From: Patescibacteria group bacterium
Lineage (GTDB): Bacteria > Patescibacteriota > Microgenomatia > Daviesbacterales > UBA10151
Assembly (NCBI GenBank): GCA_943356485.1
Contig: CALRFD010000002.1
Span: forward strand, 37,032-101,031
Length of the DNA stretch: 64,000 bases
Reading direction: 5' to 3'
Part shown: positions 8,922-19,385 of the stretch, piece by piece
How positions within the stretch are numbered: the stretch's first letter is position 1
Layout of the letters: the number at the start of each line of letters is the position of its first letter
The notes under the pieces: model-generated
Told to the model about the DNA's origin: nothing
Databases searched by the model: none
Seen by the model: the letters and a program-made list of their open reading frames with translations, nothing else
Position numbers and translations under genes: made by a program

Positions 8922-10781
8922 TTATTTGATCTGGTAAGTTCCTTTAATTAGAGAAAACGAGCCTGAAGGACCTGCAGAAAAATTAGTAGAGGCAAGACCG
9001 CTGTCATAGTTTAAAACGCCGTTATTTCCCAGGCTAATTAACCAGGCAGTGATTTCTTTAAATGAAGCGCCATTTGATAAATTAACTATACCTTTAGGAG
9101 CATAAAGAATTCCGGAAACTGCAGAATTACCTGCATCAACAGCTACCTGGCCACTCTCTGAACCCTCATTACAACTACCGGCTTCTCCGCTTAATGTTGA
9201 ATCAAAGGTAGAAAAAAGCATTAAGTAACTCCCCGGCAAGCCGGATCCTTTTAGATCGCTCCCATTACCCAAAGTTGTTCTCCCATCAACAATAATCTGT
9301 CCGGAATGTGAACCAAACGAGGAGTCTAGAATAAATTTTGTTACATTCCCGCCGGAAATGTTTCCAGTTACCCAAAGAGGTGTTTTAACAGTTACACTGC
9401 ACCCGTTACCTAAAGAGATATTTCCAACAATTTTCCTTGGTCCAAGTGTTAAAATGCAACCATTCCCGCCGGAAATGTTTCCAGTTGTGACGCCTGCTAT
9501 TGCTGCCTGGTCTTTCCAGTCTGCTACATTTGCATCTGAAACCGGGAAAGTACCGGGAGCCGGATCTGCAGAGTTAGGATACTTAACCCCTTTGATGGTA
9601 ACTGAAGATCCAAGGATTTGGTAATAAGCATCCTTATTAATTGTCATACTTCCGGAAATAGTATTGGCATGAACACTACCGGTAACCTTAGATCCACTAG
9701 TTAAACTTAAGGAAGTTACAACCCCTCCCATATAAGTTTTAAAACCTAAATCTCCGGATATAGCAGTCCAGGCAGGATTTTGCGCCCGCCAGTTTGATGA
9801 CCATTTTGGCAAACCTTGAGTATAACCTCCTGCTAAATCATTTGACCAATACCAATAATTCAAACTGTCTAAAGCACCTGTATCAATCATAATCCAGTAA
9901 CTGGTATTTGCGCTAAGCGCGGGGGTTGATGAAAAAGTCACATCTACAAAACTAAACTGACTGGTAGATACCAAGCTGGCTGATAATACTCCTGATGCTA
10001 AGACATTATTTTTATCTGGTTTACCACTATTATCTGCCATAATTCTTACTGTCGGATTTGGAGGATTTCCTATCTTTTTAAGCTTTAAAGAGATTTTATT
10101 TAAATTTCCAGCAAGGGAGGGCTTAAAACTTTGCGCTACATCCAAACGGCTCTCAGCGGAGACGCTTTTTCCAAAAATATAATCCTGGCAATTAACACCG
10201 GCGCAATCTGATTGTTGATCTGCGCTGGGTTGTGCCCCACCTGCAATATAAATATCACCATTAATTGTAGTTAAATTTCCGCCAGTAACATTTCCATTTG
10301 AATAAATAGAACCATTTAGCACTGAACCATTTCCCATACAAAGTCCGCCTTCTCCAATTTGGAGACCATAGTTAAAGGCTACTCCCACCCCATTAGTTGT
10401 TTGAACAGTTATTGTTTTTTTGGATTTGGCATTTGCTTTATTTGGAACATAACCTGTTACTGAAACTATTTTACTCCCGGCATCCTTATTTGCTATCGTC
10501 ACAGAATATGACCCGCTACCTAGACTCGTCTCGATCTCACCATTATATAAACCTCCAGTCTTATTTAGAGAGGCTATTGCTTTATCAACTCCTGCTTCCG
10601 CTACAGCAGTAGCTGATTCAGCCTGATAAGAATACTGGGAGTTCTGAAAATAAACCTGCGCTCCACTAACAATAAATAATACGGTAAATAAAATAACTCC
10701 AAGCGCAACCATAACTAAAAGCAGAATCTGACCTGATGGATTAGCGCTTTGTTTTAAAAAATTCTGAGCCCTCTTAATCAT
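8922..10781 (-). CDS. Large PilX-like minor pilin/adhesin
   Basis: SGQILLLVMV N-terminus, AVAEAGVDKA motif, beta-helix-like repeats. Confidence 0.75.
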   Translation of the reverse strand: MIKRAQNFLKQSANPSGQILLLVMVALGVILFTVLFIVSGAQVYFQNSQYSYQAESATAVAEAGVDKAIASLNKTGGLYNGEIETSLGSGSYSVTIANKDAGSKIVSVTGYVPNKANAKSKKTITVQTTNGVGVAFNYGLQIGEGGLCMGNGSVLNGSIYSNGNVTGGNLTTINGDIYIAGGAQPSADQQSDCAGVNCQDYIFGKSVSAESRLDVAQSFKPSLAGNLNKISLKLKKIGNPPNPTVRIMADNSGKPDKNNVLASGVLSASLVSTSQFSFVDVTFSSTPALSANTSYWIMIDTGALDSLNYWYWSNDLAGGYTQGLPKWSSNWRAQNPAWTAISGDLGFKTYMGGVVTSLSLTSGSKVTGSVHANTISGSMTINKDAYYQILGSSVTIKGVKYPNSADPAPGTFPVSDANVADWKDQAAIAGVTTGNISGGNGCILTLGPRKIVGNISLGNGCSVTVKTPLWVTGNISGGNVTKFILDSSFGSHSGQIIVDGRTTLGNGSDLKGSGLPGSYLMLFSTFDSTLSGEAGSCNEGSESGQVAVDAGNSAVSGILYAPKGIVNLSNGASFKEITAWLISLGNNGVLNYDSGLASTNFSAGPSGSFSLIKGTYQIK

Positions 10782-11340
10782 TTCTTAAATTTGCCTCCGA
10801 TGTAGCGGTATTTGTAACAAAATCTGCGCCGTTTTTTTGTTTTAAGGTCAAGGATATCCTTACCTTATTAGCTAAATTTGGAGCAACGGTCTTTGGAGGA
10901 GAGGAGAGGTCAAAATACTGGAAATTCAAGCTATCTACACTACTTGAGAATATCTGATCCTGAACTTTTCTAAAACTTGCAGCATCTGGGAAAACCTTAA
11001 ATCTTAACTCTTTTTGATTTAAGTAGAAAACAAAAAAGTCGTAGACATTTGAGATAAGGTTATTTGTAGAATCTATTGAGGCTACTTTTAAAACCAGCTG
11101 AGTTGACCCGGATGTATATGTTGTAGACCCAGAGGCATAACTTGCTGCAACAATATTAGATTGCTTAATAGTGCTTCTAATCTTACTTAGCGCGTCATTA
11201 ATATTTAGTCCTTCTGAAAGCTTTGAGGATTCATGATAAAAAAGACCTGCGCTATTAACTATAATCACCAAAAGTAACATACCAACTACTGAAGATAAAC
11301 TGATGGCAATTATTAGTTCAATTAAAGTCACTCCCTTCAT
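10774..11340 (-). CDS. Minor pilin (PilW/GspJ-like)
   Basis: KG|VTLIEL prepilin motif; ends LRN. Confidence 0.8.
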   Translation of the reverse strand: MKGVTLIELIIAISLSSVVGMLLLVIIVNSAGLFYHESSKLSEGLNINDALSKIRSTIKQSNIVAASYASGSTTYTSGSTQLVLKVASIDSTNNLISNVYDFFVFYLNQKELRFKVFPDAASFRKVQDQIFSSSVDSLNFQYFDLSSPPKTVAPNLANKVRISLTLKQKNGADFVTNTATSEANLRND

Positions 11341-11738
11341 TGATTAATACCTCCTTCACCTATGAGAGTTTTGAGGGTTACTACCTGTGGTTTATTATTA
11401 TCCTTCCAATTTATTGTTACTGTTATTTTTTTAACATGTTCAGAATTTGTACAAATCTGTACGTCACAATCTTCAACGATAACAGTTCCGCTACCAGAGG
11501 GTAAAAGACTTAATCTTGAATCAGAGAGGTTTGAGGTATCATTAACTAGATTTGAATAATTTATGCTTCTTTTATCTTCAATCTGTTTTGCAGCGATCTC
11601 TTTTGCTAAACTTAAGTGACTACTTTTATTAACCAACCCCATCGCATTAGGTAAATTGGCCATTAAAATAACTATTGAACCAACCACTATAGTTACGAGT
11701 AACTGCTCAATTAAAGATGCACCCCGCTGAGTTTGCAT
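11337..11738 (-). CDS. Minor pilin (PilV-like)
   Basis: QRG|ASLIE motif; KKITVTINW. Confidence 0.78.
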   Translation of the reverse strand: MQTQRGASLIEQLLVTIVVGSIVILMANLPNAMGLVNKSSHLSLAKEIAAKQIEDKRSINYSNLVNDTSNLSDSRLSLLPSGSGTVIVEDCDVQICTNSEHVKKITVTINWKDNNKPQVVTLKTLIGEGGINQ

Positions 11739-11743
11739 TTTAA

Positions 11744-12634
11744 TTATTTCTTGATCTCTCCATTTGAGAATAAAGCATAGTCAAAAAAAGTAGGAATAGC
11801 TTTAAAGCTTTGGAAAACCTTAACCTTTCTTTGAACCTCACCTGCAGTACCTGTTGAAGTTAAAATCTTATACTGAGGCGGCAGAGAACAGTCTCTCCCA
11901 CATGTCCCGCTTGCCAGAACTGCAATTGGTTGGGAGGTTATATTATAGAGAAGTCTGACTCTAAGCATGATTAGGTTCGAAGGTAGATTTCCTAAGAGGA
12001 CATAGCATTGATAAGTTGTTGTAAAACCTTCAGGCTTATACCCAGCACAATTTTGAACCTGATCAAAATTATTTGCAGGCGTCCTAACAACCTGATCAAG
12101 ATACCATTTCCGGCTTACATAACTTGTGCCATTATAATAAATAAGAGTTAGTTCCAGGGCGGCTTTATCAGAACTTGAAGAACCCCAGTAAACAGAAAGG
12201 GTAGATTGCTTATAACAAACAGGGACGTGTTTAGTTGCATCAATTGCGCTACACCCGGGCAATACAACATTGGGATCAGGATCTGCTAACCATATTTGAC
12301 CTACTTCTTCTTTAGCCAACGGAGGATACTCTAAAGGTTTCTGTTGCGTTTGACTGGGAGGAAGTGCCGGGATACTTCCGCTATCTTCAAGGCTGGTTAT
12401 CTGCGAATTATTTTCAGTAAAAGTTTTTGTAGTCATATCCCCATTCAGGCCTTTTTCAATTCCTGCCTCAGCTGCAGAGAAAGCCCGCTGGGAATCTTCC
12501 ACCTTAGTAGCTGTTGAGACATCAGTCAAACTTTTCTGCACAACTGATAGTCCTATTGCTAGCGCTACTGTCATAACTAATATCAGCGTTAAAAGAACTT
12601 GTCCATCTTTATTTAAAATGTATTGTCTTAACAT
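11744..12634 (-). CDS. PilX-like minor pilin
   Basis: DG|QVLLTLIL, RAFSAAEAGIEK. Confidence 0.78.
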   Translation of the reverse strand: MLRQYILNKDGQVLLTLILVMTVALAIGLSVVQKSLTDVSTATKVEDSQRAFSAAEAGIEKGLNGDMTTKTFTENNSQITSLEDSGSIPALPPSQTQQKPLEYPPLAKEEVGQIWLADPDPNVVLPGCSAIDATKHVPVCYKQSTLSVYWGSSSSDKAALELTLIYYNGTSYVSRKWYLDQVVRTPANNFDQVQNCAGYKPEGFTTTYQCYVLLGNLPSNLIMLRVRLLYNITSQPIAVLASGTCGRDCSLPPQYKILTSTGTAGEVQRKVKVFQSFKAIPTFFDYALFSNGEIKK

Positions 12635-12674
12635 TATTTTATTGTCAGTTTTATATTGCTAAATGTCAATTGCT

Positions 12675-13265
12675 TCATCTTGGTTCTATTGTTGTTTTAA
12701 AAGTAACTGGTTCAATCTGACCTGCAACAGCAGCAGGAGCCTGCACACCCGACCGCAGAACAAATTCAATCGTAATAATATCCTTAAATCCAGCCTGGGC
12801 TGTTTTTGTAAAAGATCCAGATATCAAGTTTACTCCTGTTTGAGTATTTGTATCAGAGAGAGTTTGAGGCGCAACTAGAAGGTCAGCGGAATTACAAATG
12901 TTACTCATAAATATACTGCTTTCTACTCCGAGTTGCTGCGGGTTATCCGAGGAGACCTTCCCATTACTTAATCCTGAGCTATCTATTACAAATCTATACC
13001 TGGTATAAAGTCCATTTTTAACAACTACGATAGTGTGGTGATCCTGAGAGATACAAAAAATATTATCGGCGTTTCTGATACTGTTATTCATAGTCTCTAA
13101 AATTGACTGACCGTTTTGCTTAATAGAAGAAATTATTTGTGTTTTGTTAGTTCCCCGCAGGGTTCTGGTAAAAATAGTGACAACCAAAACCCCTAAAATA
13201 GCGAGTACCACTATAACTACCAGCATCTCAACCAATGTTGAACCCGCATTTGATAACTTCTTCAT
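12675..13265 (-). CDS. Minor pilin
   Basis: AG|STLVEML prepilin motif. Confidence 0.8.
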   Translation of the reverse strand: MKKLSNAGSTLVEMLVVIVVLAILGVLVVTIFTRTLRGTNKTQIISSIKQNGQSILETMNNSIRNADNIFCISQDHHTIVVVKNGLYTRYRFVIDSSGLSNGKVSSDNPQQLGVESSIFMSNICNSADLLVAPQTLSDTNTQTGVNLISGSFTKTAQAGFKDIITIEFVLRSGVQAPAAVAGQIEPVTFKTTIEPR

Positions 13266-13864
13266 AGTTTTCCTAAAATAGTTGTTAATTTTGACTCATG
13301 AAATCCGGAAAAATCATTCCAGGCCACAATCACAGTTACGGTCTTTTGAGTTTTAAAAGAATCATTCTCAGAATAGTCAGAAAGAATAACCATTCTTTTA
13401 AAAGAGCTACCAACTTCTTCTACATTTGGCGGATACTTCATATCCTTCTTAGGAGAGTATGATGTCAGATACTCTAATATTCCATCATTTTTGATATTGA
13501 AATAGCAGTATGTCGGCGAACTACCCTGAATATCAGAATCTCCACAATGACCACCACCAATCCGGTAATCCCATATTGAACCTGATAAGTTATTGCAATC
13601 TATACTGCTGTTATTTCCATCCCAGGAGTTAACCTGGGTACCAAGAGAATCTAGATTCTTAATACATTGATTTCTATCCCGGCCTATTCTCACCTTTTCA
13701 ATTCCATCCTGAGCTAACTTTGTTGCTTGCGCCTGATTTGTGGCAAACTGGGCATTCCTTAAAGCAGAAATTGTAGCAAAGGTAAGTGCACCCACAATTA
13801 GGACTGTCACTGTAATTACCACAATCAACTCTATTAAGCTTTGACCCCTTTCAGTTAATATCAA
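13262..13864 (-). CDS. Minor pilin (PilV-like)
   Basis: RG|QSLIEL; KTVTVIVAW. Confidence 0.8.
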   Translation of the reverse strand: MILTERGQSLIELIVVITVTVLIVGALTFATISALRNAQFATNQAQATKLAQDGIEKVRIGRDRNQCIKNLDSLGTQVNSWDGNNSSIDCNNLSGSIWDYRIGGGHCGDSDIQGSSPTYCYFNIKNDGILEYLTSYSPKKDMKYPPNVEEVGSSFKRMVILSDYSENDSFKTQKTVTVIVAWNDFSGFHESKLTTILGKL

Positions 13865-14432
13865 TCGAACCTCCTTTATTTATGGTTACTGACTTTGTGT
13901 CTTCGCTCTCAGATTTCTTTATTAAGTTAATAACCATATCGCTAGTTTGTAAAAAACATTGTTGAGTAGAATCCTCATCCTCAAATGACACCTTACCTTC
14001 AAGATAAGAAAAAGTTACTTTAATGAGCTTACTGATCACAGCATCACCTGCAGTAAAGGATGAAGGACAGCTAGCGCAACCACCTGAGCCGCAGATAGAA
14101 GAAATCAGAGCAGGGGAGTGAATAGTCCAGGTTCTTACATAAGCATCTTGTGTTTCACAAACTAAGTTGACAGTATTCCGACCGGAAATAACTATCGACC
14201 AGGAAGCCCCTCCATGGCCACCACATCGTACCCCTGAGGTTGCATTAGTTTGAGCTAGCCTAATATAACTTTGAACGTCAAATGCCACATTTTTAAGATT
14301 AGCATCCTCACCAAAAGAGCGAAGGTTAACAAAAACAACTACTGAGAGGATCGCCATAATCGAGATAACCACCATCAACTCTATTATGGTGAAGGCCTTT
14401 TGGGTCAGTAATTTGTTTTTGGCAGTTAACAT
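13851..14432 (-). CDS. Minor pilin (FimT/GspH-like)
   Basis: KA|FTIIEL; ends INKGGSI. Confidence 0.8.
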   Translation of the reverse strand: MLTAKNKLLTQKAFTIIELMVVISIMAILSVVVFVNLRSFGEDANLKNVAFDVQSYIRLAQTNATSGVRCGGHGGASWSIVISGRNTVNLVCETQDAYVRTWTIHSPALISSICGSGGCASCPSSFTAGDAVISKLIKVTFSYLEGKVSFEDEDSTQQCFLQTSDMVINLIKKSESEDTKSVTINKGGSIDIN

Positions 14433-14447
14433 TTTAGGAGCTATTAC

Positions 14448-14479
14448 ATTGTCAATTGTGGATTGTTAATTGTCAAATG
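14448..14479. repeat. Degenerate heptamer tandem repeat (ATTGTCA-like x4)
   Basis: ATTGTCA ATTGTGG ATTGTTA ATTGTCA in the intergenic gap. Confidence 0.6.
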
Positions 14480-14483
14480 CTTT

Positions 14484-14987
14484 TTACGGTTTTGCTAGGC
14501 CAAAGTTATGTTTGGTGTCAGCAAAACTACTACAGCTTTGGTCGCCAGTTTGAGGAGTAGATAACTTGGCATAAAGGCAATAATCAATACAACTTCCCGG
14601 GTTGTCAGCTGTACAACCAGCGCCTTTTGGAGTATACAAATACCCGCTATCACCGCTAAACCTCGGGTCTTTTGGAATTTTACCGAGATAAGTTTTACCC
14701 TCATCCGGAGAATTTAAAGAACTACCTGATTTTACTAAATCAGAAGAAGGTGGATAATAATGCTGGTCTGCTCGGTACTGCTCAAGTGCGGATTGAATAA
14801 ACCTTAAATCAGAGACTCTTTGCGCATCCTCCGCCTTATCAATAAATATCCTGTAATTAATCAACCCGATAGCCATCAATATCCCGATAATAGACACAAC
14901 TATCAAAAGCTCAATAAGGGTAAATGCTTTAGAATTTCTAAATAATATTTGTTTAACAATACATTTACTCCAAACTAAAATGGGCAT
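14484..14987 (-). CDS. GspG-like pilin
   Basis: KA|FTLIELL, ALEQYRAD..YP, IPKDP. Confidence 0.85.
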   Translation of the reverse strand: MPILVWSKCIVKQILFRNSKAFTLIELLIVVSIIGILMAIGLINYRIFIDKAEDAQRVSDLRFIQSALEQYRADQHYYPPSSDLVKSGSSLNSPDEGKTYLGKIPKDPRFSGDSGYLYTPKGAGCTADNPGSCIDYCLYAKLSTPQTGDQSCSSFADTKHNFGLAKP

Positions 14988-15043
14988 AATTTTATGGTAG
15001 AGGTTCTTATATTAACTGTCAACCAACTAAAATATCTTAATGA

Positions 15044-15475
15044 TTATTGTGAATTCTTCTTGCAATAGTAGGTAGCGGCAGCCCCAGTAGCTCCAGTAGT
15101 CCCAGCATCTGAATAATTTCCATTAGCATTTTCCAATTTAGCACAAACAACAAAACTTCCAGCAGCAGCACTAGGAAGAGTATAGGGATTAGCAACATCA
15201 GGATCTGTTGGTATGGCTCCCGCAGCAAACCAGGTTTTATCAAGAACGGGATATACTGCAGTTGCAGCCGCAGCTGGATTGTAATGCGCCTCTAAAGCAT
15301 TAGCTATTGAGTCTACATCTCCTTTACGTCTTGCGTCTCTTGCGTTCTTTTGTACACCTGTATAAACAGTAACACCAATAACAGATAAAACAGCGATGAT
15401 TGTTATAACAATCATCAACTCAATAAGGGTAAAACCAGAGGTATTATTTTTAGTTTTGGGCAGAAACTTTTTCAT
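15044..15475 (-). CDS. GspG-like type IV pilin
   Basis: SG|FTLIELM, ARDARRKGD, IPTDP. Confidence 0.88.
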   Translation of the reverse strand: MKKFLPKTKNNTSGFTLIELMIVITIIAVLSVIGVTVYTGVQKNARDARRKGDVDSIANALEAHYNPAAAATAVYPVLDKTWFAAGAIPTDPDVANPYTLPSAAAGSFVVCAKLENANGNYSDAGTTGATGAAATYYCKKNSQ

Positions 15476-15539
15476 GTATTTTAAGTTATAAATTATTATT
15501 CACATATTACAAAAACCTTGTCAAGGGAGTAATATAGCT

Positions 15540-16430
15540 TCAAATTCGTAGGCTAAGATACCAGTTTAAGATTTTGTCTCCCCAAAATAAGACCATCAAA
15601 CTTCCCAGAACTAAAAAAGGCCCAAAGGGGATTGATTGACCAAAATGTTTTTTACCAAAGATAATTAAAAAGATTGAAAACACTGCCCCGGTTAGAAAAG
15701 ATAGAAAAATTGCAATTAAGGAGTTTGGAAATCCTAACATTAACCCAATAAATGCTCCTAACTTAACATCGCCTCCACCCATTCCTTTACCTTTTGTAAT
15801 AATAATCAAGCTCATGAAAAACCCTCCGATGAGGGCAGCCATTAAAATACCGGTTAAAAAAGGTTCTGCCGTATAAAAAGCATGCCTTAGAAAAAAATCA
15901 GAGTGGGGAGGGAGTAATAACTTTCCAACAACCGTTTGATTAAGATAATAGTAAAGATAGAGAACTTTTATAATAGTAATAGCAGTTATAAAAGTTATAC
16001 CAATCCGGATTGCAGGCAAAATTATCCTATCCGGGATAAACATCTTCTTAATATCTGTTAAAAACACAACCGACAGGATTGTGACAAAAAAAGTTTTAAA
16101 TATAAGATCAAACAGGAAGCTTAAGAACTTAAAATTATAAATTGATTGTAAATTAACAGAGGTTTGGTAAAACAAAAATCCTATTAATAATCCTGTTGCC
16201 ACCTCCATTAATAAATATTCAATAGAAAGCTTCTTATGACAGTTCTTGCACCTTGCCTTTAGTAAAATATAGGAAATAACTGGAAAAAGGTCGTACCATT
16301 TTATTGTTTTTTTGCAATATGTACAGTACGACCTTCCCCAAAACGACTGCTTTGACAAACTTCTATCAGCTAGAACCTTTATAAAACTCCCTAGCACCAA
16401 TCCCAGTAAAAATCCAGCTAATCCTATCAT
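15540..16430 (-). CDS. pilD: Prepilin peptidase
   Basis: RSYCTYC..WYDLFPVISY..RCKNC, GMGGGDVKL, IPFGPFL. Confidence 0.93.
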   Translation of the reverse strand: MIGLAGFLLGLVLGSFIKVLADRSLSKQSFWGRSYCTYCKKTIKWYDLFPVISYILLKARCKNCHKKLSIEYLLMEVATGLLIGFLFYQTSVNLQSIYNFKFLSFLFDLIFKTFFVTILSVVFLTDIKKMFIPDRIILPAIRIGITFITAITIIKVLYLYYYLNQTVVGKLLLPPHSDFFLRHAFYTAEPFLTGILMAALIGGFFMSLIIITKGKGMGGGDVKLGAFIGLMLGFPNSLIAIFLSFLTGAVFSIFLIIFGKKHFGQSIPFGPFLVLGSLMVLFWGDKILNWYLSLRI

Positions 16431-16993
16431 TAATAAGTACAGCTTCCTCCTGATGCAGCAATTAATTGCAAGTTAGACCCAACTTCATATCGACCAGTTG
16501 TATCGAGAGCGTTTTCGTTTCCGCCATCGTTAGCCATCTTGGCTTTTTGCTGATCTGATTCCAAAACAGTATCTATTTCCCATGTATCATTGTTTGCACA
16601 ATAAGTGTAATGGTAAGTAGTATCATTAATTGGATCAACCGGAAGAGTTGGAATTGATACGCTCTTTTGAGAAGAGAGATCGGTCTTTACCCAACCAGTA
16701 CCATCCGCAGTTCTAGTGCCTACGTTAGAAGATCCGTTACATGGGTATGCACCGGACTGCTTACAAAGTACAGCTACAGTTCCTGAGCCGGTAGATTCTT
16801 GCACGCCAACAGTAATAGCGTTTTGCAAATTTGCAAGATCAGAAAGCCTTGCAGCATCTCTTCCTCTTCTTGTTAACTCAAGAGGGTTAATAATCAAAAC
16901 TACAACTGCTGCCAAAATCGCAATAATTGCTATAACAACTAAAAGTTCAACTAAAGTAAAACCTTTTGTTTGAACTTGAGCAGGTTTTTTCAA
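16430..16993 (-). CDS. pilA: Type IV pilin, likely the major pilin
   Basis: KG|FTLVELL; TTG start with strong SD AAAGGAGGTG; directly after pilC. Confidence 0.75.
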   Translation of the reverse strand: MKKPAQVQTKGFTLVELLVVIAIIAILAAVVVLIINPLELTRRGRDAARLSDLANLQNAITVGVQESTGSGTVAVLCKQSGAYPCNGSSNVGTRTADGTGWVKTDLSSQKSVSIPTLPVDPINDTTYHYTYCANNDTWEIDTVLESDQQKAKMANDGGNENALDTTGRYEVGSNLQLIAASGGSCTY

Positions 16994-17098
16994 AGTAATT
17001 CACCTCCTTTCAAAATGAATAGTGTATTTTTTAGCACATATTCATTGTATCCATAACTCTATAAGTTTAGTCAATATCCTACTTTCAGACCCTGATCA

Positions 17099-18301
17099 CT
17101 AAAAAGAGGTGGTAAGTTTGTAAATAGGCAGGATTATGGAAATAACCAGAAAAGCAACCCCAATCCCAAGAATAATTAAAATAATAGGTTCTATGGCAAC
17201 AGTTAGATTCTTTACTAAATGATCAGACTCTGATTCAAAGTATTCTGCTAATTTGAAAAAAATCTCGTCTACTTTTCCTGTTTCTTCTCCCACCCGAACC
17301 ATTTGACTGACAATTTTAGGAAAAGCTTTACCTGACAAAAGTGAAGAGAAAGGCAACCCCTTCTCAACCCCGGCGTAGGCTTCTTTTAAAGAGTTTCTAT
17401 AAACCGGATTATCTGTCAGATCCGAAACAATCCCAATAGACTCGAGAAGCGGAATACCGGCAGAGGTCAAAAGACCAAAAGTACGATTAAAATTAGTCAG
17501 GGTTACATTTGAGATTATCTTACCCACCAAAGGAGCTTTAAGTAAAAGATTACCTAAAAAGTAGTTACCTTCAGGAGTTTTATTCCACTTATTTATACCT
17601 ACAATAATCCCAACAATTAAAATTATCATTAACCACCAAAAATGTATGAATATGTTTGAGGTTGCAATTAAGATCTTTGTAGGCAAAGGCAAATCAATCG
17701 TTGATTGTTGGTATAAAGTAACCAATTTTGGTATAACAAATACCATCATAATTATGACTACAACCACCATCATAGATATAACCACAACCGGATAAATAAG
17801 CGCCCCTTTAACTCTAGCCTGAAACTCTCTGTCCTTTTCCAATCCATCAGCCATCTGTATAAGAACCTTATCCAACTTTCCGGAAGCTTCTCCGCTTTTT
17901 ATTAAATTTACATAAAGGCGGGGAAATATATTTGGATATTTGCCCATAGATTGGGCTAGTGTTAAACCGCCTTTTATATCTTGTGATACCTCATCCAGTG
18001 CTTTTTTTAAAGTCGGATTAGTTTGCTGCTCAACCAAAATATCTATAGCTTCAGATAAAACTAAACCTGCCGAAACCATCGTTGCCAACTGGCGCGTAAC
18101 GATTACCAACTCTGTAAAACTTACCCTATTAAAAAATTTTCCTAAAAAAGAGTTATCCTGGGTTTTTTTTGCATCTATTGAGATAACAATCAAGCCTTTC
18201 TTACGTAAAATTGCAACAGCAGAATGGATATCCGGTGTTTGAACTGATCCGCTGTGATCAACCCCTTCACTATCCTTTGCTTTGTAATTAAATTCCGCCA
18301 T
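17099..18301 (-). CDS. pilC: Type IV pilus platform protein
   Basis: RQLATMVSAG, GEASGKLD, GEETGKVD, EP..LPIY. Confidence 0.93.
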   Translation of the reverse strand: MAEFNYKAKDSEGVDHSGSVQTPDIHSAVAILRKKGLIVISIDAKKTQDNSFLGKFFNRVSFTELVIVTRQLATMVSAGLVLSEAIDILVEQQTNPTLKKALDEVSQDIKGGLTLAQSMGKYPNIFPRLYVNLIKSGEASGKLDKVLIQMADGLEKDREFQARVKGALIYPVVVISMMVVVVIIMMVFVIPKLVTLYQQSTIDLPLPTKILIATSNIFIHFWWLMIILIVGIIVGINKWNKTPEGNYFLGNLLLKAPLVGKIISNVTLTNFNRTFGLLTSAGIPLLESIGIVSDLTDNPVYRNSLKEAYAGVEKGLPFSSLLSGKAFPKIVSQMVRVGEETGKVDEIFFKLAEYFESESDHLVKNLTVAIEPIILIILGIGVAFLVISIILPIYKLTTSF

Positions 18302-18318
18302 ATTTTAACTTATTAATT

Positions 18319-19371
18319 TCATCTAAGCAGTTTTCCCAGAAGTTCCGGCCTCAAAGAGTATCTTCTTGCTACTTCCTCTGAAATTTTACCGCTTTTCACC
18401 AAACCTACTAAAGATTTTTCTAAATTTTGCATTCCTGATTCAGCCGAGGTTTCAATCAAATTATCAATGAGGTAAGTTTTTCCTTCTCTTATTATATTTC
18501 TTACTGCTGGATTGGCAATTAATAACTCTGATGCCAAGACTCTGCCTGGTTCAATTGTCGGCACCAGCCTTAAAGAAATTATCGCCTCAAGAGTTGATGC
18601 TAACTGTAATCGAATTTGTGGTTGCTGATCTTCAGGGAAAACATCTATAATACGGTCAACTGATTGTGCAGCTGAATTAGTATGCAGGGTAGCTAAAACC
18701 AGATGGCCTGTTTCTGCAATTGTCATGGCAGAAGACATCGTTATTAAGTCCCGCATCTCACCTATTAATACTACGTCCGGATCTTCCCTTAAAACTGAAC
18801 GCAACGCATTTTCCCAGGACTTTGTATCTCTAAACATCTCACGTTGATCAATTATAGATTTAGCTTTTGGGTAAACATATTCTATTGGATCCTCAATCGT
18901 AACTACATGCTGTGCAGATTCTAAATTGATCTTATTAATAAATGATGCCAGCATGGTTGATTTTCCATGTCCGGTAGGACCTGTAACCAATATGAATCCC
19001 TGTTTTAAATTAGGAAGCTTTTGTATAACAGTTGGTAAACCTAAACTTTCCAGCGGAGGAATTTTATAGGGGATCAGTCTTAAAGCCGCTGCCGGATACC
19101 CTTTTTGACGATACACATTAGCCCTAAAACGGGCTTTACCTTCAAACTCAAAGGAAAAATCAAGTTCCAGGTTTTCCCGGTAAATATTTCTTTGGAGCGG
19201 GCTTAAGATTCTGGCTATTAAGCTTTCTATTTGTTCGGGAGTAGACGGATGCTCCCCGGGTACAGGTATTAAATCACCGTGAATTCGCAAGGAAGGTTCA
19301 AAACCAACAGACAAATGTAAATCTGAAGCATTTCTTTGAATCGTTAAATCTAGCAGTTGTTGTATGTTCAT
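18319..19371 (-). CDS. pilT: Retraction ATPase
   Basis: ASDLHL, GPTGHGKST, LREDPD, ETGHLVLATLHT, AVRNIIRE. Confidence 0.95.
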   Translation of the reverse strand: MNIQQLLDLTIQRNASDLHLSVGFEPSLRIHGDLIPVPGEHPSTPEQIESLIARILSPLQRNIYRENLELDFSFEFEGKARFRANVYRQKGYPAAALRLIPYKIPPLESLGLPTVIQKLPNLKQGFILVTGPTGHGKSTMLASFINKINLESAQHVVTIEDPIEYVYPKAKSIIDQREMFRDTKSWENALRSVLREDPDVVLIGEMRDLITMSSAMTIAETGHLVLATLHTNSAAQSVDRIIDVFPEDQQPQIRLQLASTLEAIISLRLVPTIEPGRVLASELLIANPAVRNIIREGKTYLIDNLIETSAESGMQNLEKSLVGLVKSGKISEEVARRYSLRPELLGKLLR

Positions 19372-19385
19372 ATATAATAGTGACT

